Assembly: GCA_963745445.1 (NCBI GenBank)
Contig: CAVUXD010000004.1
Span: 33,663 to 97,662, forward strand
Source: an uncultured Bacteroidota bacterium
GTDB lineage: Bacteria; Bacteroidota; Bacteroidia; Chitinophagales; Chitinophagaceae
Direction: 5' to 3'
Length of the DNA stretch: 64,000 nt
Below the pieces are notes generated by a model. That model worked only from the letters and a program-made list of their open reading frames with translations, had not been told where the DNA came from and made no database searches. Each line of letters starts with the position of its first letter. Within the stretch, counting starts at the first letter, position 1. Below are positions 46,936-52,480 of this stretch, in pieces. Both the position numbers and the translations under genes were made by a program.

Positions 46936-47709
46936 ATGATTGACCAATTCAAAAAAGATTTAAAAGCTGCTTTCCCGAGAGACATAGTTGATGCTCTTTT
47001 AGATTCTTACGTCGAAATCAAAACTAATTTTATTATTGACAAATGGGAGCCATCCGAGTTAAATGGGGGTAAGTTCGTAGAAGCTACATTACGAATTCTA
47101 CAGTTTGTATGTTTTGGAGGAGTATATACTCCTGTTGGGACATCAATTAGGAATACTTTTGTTGAGCTACAGAGAATAGAACAATCAGCAACAACTATTA
47201 TAGATTCATACCGGCTACATATCCCAAGGTGCTTAGGAGCTATTTATAATATAAGAAATAGACGTGGTGTTGGTCATTTAGGTGGTGATATTAATCCAAA
47301 CAAGGCCGATGCTTTGTTAATAATTACAATCTCAGAATGGATATTAGCTGAACTATATAGAATCAATTATCTAATAACGTTACCTAAGGCCCAAGAACTG
47401 GTAAACAACCTTGTCTCCCGAAAGTTGGAATTAATATTTGAAATTAATGGTGTAAAAAGAATTCTAAACCCAAAATTGAAAATCAAAGACCAAATTTTAC
47501 TTTTGCTATATTCAGATAATGATCAATATCTGACAATCGACAATCTTTGTATACATCTTAAATATAACAATAAGAATTATCTAAAAAATAAAATTCTTGC
47601 AGAAATCGATAACCATAAACTAATTGAGTTAACAGTAGACGAGAAAGTTTATCTATTACCTCCAGGAAGAAAGTATGTTGAAGACAACTACGAAAATTGG
47701 AAACCTTAA
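46936..47709 (+). CDS. HEPN-like (Rx4-6H) helical domain fused to a winged-helix-like C-terminus; uncharacterised
   Basis: Intact 257 aa. R107-N-R-R-G-V-G-H114 (nt 47254-47277) is embedded in predicted helices (..CLGAIYNIRNRRGVGHLGGDINPNKADALLIITISEWILAELYR). The C-terminal part, KDQILLLLYSDNDQYLTIDNLCIHL..ILAEIDNHKLIELT, looks like a wHTH. G+C is very low (17/60 and 14/60 in two sampled lines). Confidence 0.6.
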   Translation: MIDQFKKDLKAAFPRDIVDALLDSYVEIKTNFIIDKWEPSELNGGKFVEATLRILQFVCFGGVYTPVGTSIRNTFVELQRIEQSATTIIDSYRLHIPRCLGAIYNIRNRRGVGHLGGDINPNKADALLIITISEWILAELYRINYLITLPKAQELVNNLVSRKLELIFEINGVKRILNPKLKIKDQILLLLYSDNDQYLTIDNLCIHLKYNNKNYLKNKILAEIDNHKLIELTVDEKVYLLPPGRKYVEDNYENWKP

Positions 47710-47719
47710 ACTATAAAAT

Positions 47720-48241
47720 ATGTCAGACACATTAGCAAAAATCAATTTAAAGATTGGCCAAATAGAAATCTCAATTGAAGGCCCATCAGATTTTGTTTCA
47801 AATCAATACGACAAAGTCGAAGCTCACCTAAAAACTTATTCAGAAATATCGACAAAAATTGAACCCTTAAAAAAAATAGTCGAAGTTTCTCAGGATCCAA
47901 ATAGTGAGGGAGCAAAAGGTAGTCAAAATAGCCCCAATGGGTTACCTCAATCTTTTGGGGAATGGCTAAATATTATCCCAAAAGAATCAAGCGATACAGA
48001 CAAAGCTATTCTCGCAGGATATTTTGTCCAAATTACTTCTGAAAAGAAATATTTTAGAACAAGAGATGTTACGAAATTACTTAAGGCACATTCTATTAAA
48101 CTATCTAACCCAAGTGTTTTTTTGAGGACTTCAATAGATGCAAAAAAAATATTTCAGGTTTCAAAGACTGGAACTGAAAGTAATTTTAAATTAACTCGAG
48201 AAAGCGAGGAAGCTATGCAAAAGCTTTTAAACAAAAGCTAA
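47720..48241 (+). CDS. small partner protein with a wHTH-like C-terminus; uncharacterised
   Basis: Intact 173 aa, starting 10 nt after the upstream gene. It has a beta-rich N-terminus, a low-complexity linker (SQDPNSEGAKGSQNSPNG) and the C-terminal DKAILAGYFVQITSEKKYFRTRDVTKLLKAHSIKLSNPSVFL. There is no nucleotidyltransferase motif. Confidence 0.6.
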   Translation: MSDTLAKINLKIGQIEISIEGPSDFVSNQYDKVEAHLKTYSEISTKIEPLKKIVEVSQDPNSEGAKGSQNSPNGLPQSFGEWLNIIPKESSDTDKAILAGYFVQITSEKKYFRTRDVTKLLKAHSIKLSNPSVFLRTSIDAKKIFQVSKTGTESNFKLTRESEEAMQKLLNKS

Positions 48242-48271
48242 GTAAAGCACTCATCTTGTTTCTAATGTTGG

Positions 48272-48295
48272 CGCCTCTACAGGCGTTTTCTTTTG
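48272..48295 (+). terminator. weak Rho-independent terminator after the two-gene islet
   Basis: CGCCT-ctac-AGGCG is followed by TTTTCTTTTG. The stem is only 5 bp. Confidence 0.3.
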
Positions 48296-48757
48296 ACTCC
48301 TCTTGCTTTGATAAATAATTAATATTGAAATGAAAATAAAGTTTGGTATTTTTTTTAGAATGCTCAATTAAAAAAAATATGAACCTTGGTAATAGAACAT
48401 ACAAAATATATTTATGCTTGCTCTTTACATTTTTTTTATCATTAACTTCCCCTTCGCAAATAGATACGTCCAAAAAAGGCATTTCTCCACCGCCCCGGTT
48501 AGTGTCCGCAACAAAAAAGAATGCCCCGTTGCCCGTACCGATTATCATCGGGACCTCCACGCAACGGAACTAAATAACATAAGCGTATAGATCAGTGGCG
48601 GGTGAAAGATGCTTCGACAGGCTCAGCACACCGCCACGGAGTAAAAAAAACCGGCACTACGCTAAACTTGAAACATTGTAGCTTTGAACTGAGAACTAAA
48701 AACAAACAGGTATGCCGAAACCCTAATAGAGTAGGCAAAAAATTAAAACGAAATAAA

Positions 48758-49054
48758 ATGAGAATATTAATGGTAATGAAATGGGCTGGTTTTACCGCAG
48801 CCAATTATGAACAGATCAGGAAAACTGTTAATTGGGAAGGGAACCATGCAAAGGGCGCCGTATTTCATGTTGCAGCATTTGACAAGAATGGTGGTCATGT
48901 AACTGACATTTGGGAATCGGAAAATGAGTTCAACGACTTCGTTCAGAATCGTCTTATGCCTGGTACAAAAGCAGCAGGAATAAAAGGAGAACCCCAGGTA
49001 GAAATATTTCCTGTCTATGCAATTTATATTCCAGCCCTGCAACGCTTGTCTTAA
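48758..49054 (+). CDS. small hypothetical protein (98 aa), possibly a dimeric alpha/beta-barrel type
   Basis: An intact ORF from MRILMVMKWAGFTAANYEQIRKTVNWEG..VTDIWESENEFNDFVQNRLMP.. The fold suggestion is weak. Confidence 0.55.
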   Translation: MRILMVMKWAGFTAANYEQIRKTVNWEGNHAKGAVFHVAAFDKNGGHVTDIWESENEFNDFVQNRLMPGTKAAGIKGEPQVEIFPVYAIYIPALQRLS

Positions 49055-49168
49055 TTAAAAAGGATTGCTTACTAAACCATAAAAAAATTGCAACTTTCGC
49101 TGACGTTGGTGACTGTCCCTATGCTAATCGTGAGTCATCGCAATTATTTTCTTTTTCAGAATGCCCAG

Positions 49169-49236
49169 CTCTTCGAAGCTTATAGCTTCGAAAGTATATT
49201 TTATCGCTTGAAGCGATATGATAATGCTGCGAAACA
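49169..49236. repeat. 68-bp multi-palindrome module, copy A
   Basis: The sequence is CTCTTCGAAGCTTATAGCTTCGAAAGTATATTTTATCGCTTGAAGCGATATGATAATGCTGCGAAACA. It contains the hairpins CTTCGAAGCT-tat-AGCTTCGAAG and ATCGCT-tga-AGCGAT, and is followed by TGCGAAAC-aaaat-GTTTCGCA. Confidence 0.8.
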
Positions 49237-49280
49237 AAATGTTTCGCAAAGCCGGGGTCGCACACTTGTACTACATGTCG

Positions 49281-49658
49281 CTATTCTGCATCAATGATAC
49301 GTTTCCCAAAAGGCATTAAAGAAATTTCAATTAATTTAAAATGCTGCTGTGCCCAAGGTATTCCTATAATTGTTATGTAAAGCAATAAACCCATGACGAT
49401 ATGTATGAGTGCAATGTACCAGCCCCCAAAAATTATCCATACAAGGTTACAAAAAACATTTAAGCACCCTGTATTTTGAGAATCACTAATTACTCTTTTG
49501 CCAAAAGGCCAAAGGAGCAAGCCAGCTAATTTAAAACATTGTAAGCCCCAAGGTATTCCAACAATTGTAATGCAGAGTGCAAACCCTCCAATTACATATC
49601 CCAAAGCTGCCAAAAGGCCGCCGAATAATAGCCAGACTAAATTGCCTATTAAATTCAT
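49281..49658 (-). CDS. yccF: YccF-domain inner-membrane protein
   Basis: Intact 125 aa with two internal repeats of the YccF motif (ITIVGIPWGLQCFKLAGLLLWPFGKR and ITIIGIPWAQQHFKLIEISLMPFGKR). Confidence 0.85.
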   Translation of the reverse strand: MNLIGNLVWLLFGGLLAALGYVIGGFALCITIVGIPWGLQCFKLAGLLLWPFGKRVISDSQNTGCLNVFCNLVWIIFGGWYIALIHIVMGLLLYITIIGIPWAQQHFKLIEISLMPFGKRIIDAE

Positions 49659-49776
49659 TGCATTGAATAGTTGTAGAGAAACTTACAGTTTAATATTTAG
49701 AAGATGGAGTGTATTATACAAGATAAAAGTTTATTAGCCAATTTGAGAAAAAAGTATACAAAAATCTTTCTTCACA

Positions 49777-50027
49777 GCAACGTCTCCACAGGGACGTTGC
49801 GTAAATATAAATGAACACAACGTCCTGCTACGCAGAGACGTTGTTTGGAAGTAGAAACAGCGGCAACGGCGTATATTTATATATCATCTGTAATTTCTTT
49901 TTCCGAGCAACGTCTCCTTAGCGTCCAGGTGCGCAGGCAAGAGACTTTGCGTAAACAATCATAATGCAATAACTTAGTTTGACGCAACGTCCTGTGCTAA
50001 CACAGAAGGCTTGGAGAGAGACATTGC
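49777..50027. repeat. cluster of four hairpins sharing the arms GCAACGTCTC / GAGACGTTGC
   Basis: H1 is 49777-49800 (GCAACGTC-8nt-GACGTTGC). H2 is 49817-49844 (ACAACGTC-12nt-GACGTTGT). H3 is 49907-49950 (GCAACGTCTC-24nt-GAGACTTTGC). H4 is 49984-50027 (GCAACGTCC...GAGACATTGC, with an inner CTGTG-ctaa-CACAG). Confidence 0.8.
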
Positions 50028-50080
50028 CTGGAAAAAAAAACCTGAATAATTTTATAGGTAGCAATTTAAAATCATTGATC

Positions 50081-50620
50081 ATGAGAACTCTAATTAATCT
50101 TTCATTCGTTGTTTTCTTATTCAGCAATCTCTCTTCATTAGCACAAGGGAACACTTCGCCTGCAATTCCCGAAGCTGATGCATATGTTGTTATCAAGGGA
50201 GCAAAATACCCTCCGGATAAGAACAAGATATATAAAGCAGTTTTTGATGGAACAAAAGCTGCAAGAGAACCTTCACTGATACTTCCTGCGATCAATAATG
50301 CAGGTGCAGAGCTAAATGATCTTGCTGTTTGTAAAATTCCGCTCAGTCACGCAAAATTTGTTATTGTATTTCATGGCGCCGCCCTCTTCGGTATTCTGGA
50401 TGAAGTGCATTATAAAGAAAAATTCGGCGTTTCAAATCCTAATTTGAAAGTGCTGGCTGAACTGAAAAAAGAAGGTGTGCAATTATATGTATGCGGGCAA
50501 AACCTGCTTGCTGAAAATATAGATCCGAAGATAATTTCACCAGATGTAGCTGTTGCCAGTGATGCACTCATTGTGCTGATGACATTTCAAAATAATGGTT
50601 ATGCATTGATGAGTTTTTGA
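50081..50620 (+). CDS. DsrE/DsrF-like family protein with signal peptide
   Basis: The start is taken at MRTLINLSFVVFLFSNLSSLAQG. KFVIVFHGAALFGI..VQLYVCGQNLLAENI..ASDALIVLMTFQNNGYALMSF resembles the DsrE-fold (YchN-like) family. Assignment is moderate. Confidence 0.65.
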   Translation: MRTLINLSFVVFLFSNLSSLAQGNTSPAIPEADAYVVIKGAKYPPDKNKIYKAVFDGTKAAREPSLILPAINNAGAELNDLAVCKIPLSHAKFVIVFHGAALFGILDEVHYKEKFGVSNPNLKVLAELKKEGVQLYVCGQNLLAENIDPKIISPDVAVASDALIVLMTFQNNGYALMSF

Positions 50621-50642
50621 AACTGAAAACTTTTTCTTTTTT

Positions 50643-50740
50643 CCAGCAGAATCTCACCCAGAGCCCTGTGCCGGGCCGTGGACTCTGCGTAAGTAACAAA
50701 TGAAGAGGACTTGTGGAAGCTCGTCTAATAGATAAAAAAG
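50643..50740. repeat. about 100-nt intergenic repeat, copy 1 (core AGCCCTGTGCCGGGCCGTGGAC...GCGTAAGTAACAAATGA)
   Basis: By eye it aligns at roughly three quarters identity over about 100 nt with 52247-52345. Confidence 0.7.
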
Positions 50741-50781
50741 TCTTTTCAAATTAAAGCCCTGACTTTCAACCCATAAAAGAA

Positions 50782-51075
50782 TTTCTTCTACCAAAATTTC
50801 CAAAATTCTACCCAGAAAAAAGCTTTTTCAATATTAAACTCGGGAAGTTCAGGGTTGAAAATCATTTTTTCAATATTAAACTTCGGAAGTTCAGGGTTGA
50901 AAATCCTTTTTTTAATATTAAACTTCGGAAGTTCAGGGTTGAAATTGTCTTTTTCAATATTAAACTGGGCAGATGTAACCAAGAAAAAAGTTTTTTCAAT
51001 ATTGAATCTCCGAAGTTCATACAAGAAAAAAACTTTTTCAATACTGAAAAACCGCAATTTTTACCCGAAAAGGCA
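50782..51075. repeat. tandem array of 7 x 42-bp units with nested dyad symmetry
   Basis: Unit boundaries are 50782, 50824, 50866, 50908, 50950, 50992 and 51034. The three central units are near identical (TTTTTCAATATTAAACTTCGGAAGTTCAGGGTTGAAAATCN) and the outer units are degenerate. Confidence 0.9.
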
Positions 51076-51251
51076 GGGAAGCATGGGTTTTCAGGTCTCC
51101 ACAGGGGTCTTCTGACAGGAGGCCTCCGTTAAACGAACCGAAAAGAAATATGGCTTGCTCTGCTAAATATGATTTAGATTTATAATGGATCGTATCCCTT
51201 CGCAAACTTACCAGGCCATTTTTTTATTTATTCAATTTAATAAAACATTTT

Positions 51252-52031
51252 ATGAAACGAATTTTCAGATTCAACATGATGGCAATCATGATTGCACTCT
51301 TTTTTGTTACCTGCAAAAGCAAAGAAAAAAAAGAAGAACCATCTACTGTTAATACAGATACCTCAGCGAAGACAACACCGATGACCACGGGCACAACAGA
51401 GAATATGGACGCAGCAAAAGTTGCCCCGGATCGTTACCAGGTGGTGAAAGATACAATGGGCATCAGGATGCTGAATGTTGTGTACAAGCCCGGCGATTCA
51501 TCCGCCATGCATTCCCATCCTGACAATGTATTGTATGTAATTGATGGAGGAAAGACACAATTTACAATGCAAGATGGTAGCAAGCAGACAATGGAATTTA
51601 AAGGTGGCACAATAATGATCCTGCCCGGCGGTACACATAGTGTAAAAAATGTAGGCACTACTACTACAAGGTCAATTTTAGTGGAAGTGAACCGTCCAAA
51701 CAAAGCAGGAGTCATGCAGGATGCATCTATGGATGCGACAAAAGTTGCTTCGGCACTTTATAAAGTGGTAGCTGATACAATGAATATAAGAGTTCTTATG
51801 GCCACGTATAAGCCCGGCGCTTCATCTGCCATGCATGCGCATCCTGATAATGCCATTTATGTCATAGAGGGAGGCAATGCAGAATTTACGATGAAGGACG
51901 GAACCAAGCAAACCATGAATATGGAGAAAGGGATGTCATCTATAACACCGGCTGGAATGCATTCCGTAAAAAATACCGGCAAGACAACTACAAAAGTGTT
52001 GATCGTGGAAGTGAACCGTCCGCAGCAATAA
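51252..52031 (+). CDS. bicupin lipoprotein (two tandem cupin_2 domains)
   Basis: Intact 259 aa with lipobox FFVTC. It has two about 100-aa repeats, each with ..KPGDSSAMHSHPDNVLYVIDGG..PGGTHSVKNVG.. (the HxH...H metal motif). Confidence 0.85.
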   Translation: MKRIFRFNMMAIMIALFFVTCKSKEKKEEPSTVNTDTSAKTTPMTTGTTENMDAAKVAPDRYQVVKDTMGIRMLNVVYKPGDSSAMHSHPDNVLYVIDGGKTQFTMQDGSKQTMEFKGGTIMILPGGTHSVKNVGTTTTRSILVEVNRPNKAGVMQDASMDATKVASALYKVVADTMNIRVLMATYKPGASSAMHAHPDNAIYVIEGGNAEFTMKDGTKQTMNMEKGMSSITPAGMHSVKNTGKTTTKVLIVEVNRPQQ

Positions 52032-52055
52032 TTTTTTAAAATCAAATTATCAGAG

Positions 52056-52087
52056 GTCAGCCTTCTCAGGGAGGCTGACTTTTTTTA
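52056..52087 (+). terminator. Rho-independent terminator of the bicupin gene
   Basis: GTCAGCCT-tctcaggg-AGGCTGAC is followed by TTTTTTT. Confidence 0.8.
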
Positions 52088-52095
52088 AAGCCAAT

Positions 52096-52163
52096 CTCTT
52101 CAATGCATATAGCTTCGAAAGTATATAGTATCGCTTGAAGCGATAGGATAATGCTGCGAAACA
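52096..52163. repeat. 68-bp multi-palindrome module, copy B
   Basis: The sequence is CTCTTCAATGCATATAGCTTCGAAAGTATATAGTATCGCTTGAAGCGATAGGATAATGCTGCGAAACA. It is the same module as 49169-49236, with a handful of substitutions. Confidence 0.8.
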
Positions 52164-52246
52164 TCCAGATATATCGGGACGCAGAGCTGAGGATACTATC
52201 TTTCAACAAAGAAAAAGTAAACTGACTGCATCAAAAACATTTTTTC

Positions 52247-52345
52247 CCCAGCCGACTCTCGCAAATAGCCCTGTGCCGAGCCGTGGACCCGGCGTAAATA
52301 ATAAATGACCACGAGGCTCTGCGGAGGCTCCTCGTCTAAGAAAAA
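52247..52345. repeat. about 100-nt intergenic repeat, copy 2 (core AGCCCTGTGCCGAGCCGTGGAC...GCGTAAATAATAAATGA)
   Basis: Homologous to 50643-50740. Its central GCGTAAATAATAAATGACCAC also resembles GCGTAAATATAAATGAACAC at 49799-49818. Confidence 0.7.
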
Positions 52346-52480
52346 AATTTTGCAGGCGCCACATCTTAAATATATACCTGCCCGCATTCCAATATTACTT
52401 TCTCTTTAAATTTTGCATTGTTAACTTACATATATTCTCAAAAAAATATTTTTACGTCCTAAACCCTTTTAACGATCATC

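Noticed and set aside
48449-48460. Recurring (C)TTCGCAAA motif (also near 25182, 49244, 51199 and 52258) as a conserved promoter or operator
   Set aside because: It is only 8-10 nt long, and its orientation and distance to neighbouring genes are inconsistent. Significance cannot be established by eye.
50788-51057. 89-aa minus-strand ORF (FNPELPKFNIEK repeats) and the overlapping 86-aa plus-strand ORF as repeat-protein genes
   Set aside because: Both strands are open only because the DNA repeat length is a multiple of 3. There is no start context, and the outer units degenerate as DNA rather than as protein.
50782-51075. Possible CRISPR array (regular repeats with dyad symmetry)
   Set aside because: The units are directly adjacent with no unique spacers. 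The period equals the repeat length (42 bp), and no cas genes are in the window.
52196-52387. 63-aa minus-strand ORF, plus 49918-50295 and 60636-60911
   Set aside because: They read straight through intergenic repeat elements (the GC-rich palindromes) and have no independent coding evidence.
48250-52400. Classical integron
   Set aside because: No intI-like tyrosine recombinase or attI is present, cassette orientation is mixed, and the hairpin arms do not visibly match attC R''/R' cores. The looser cassette-like idea is kept as a hypothesis in the findings.
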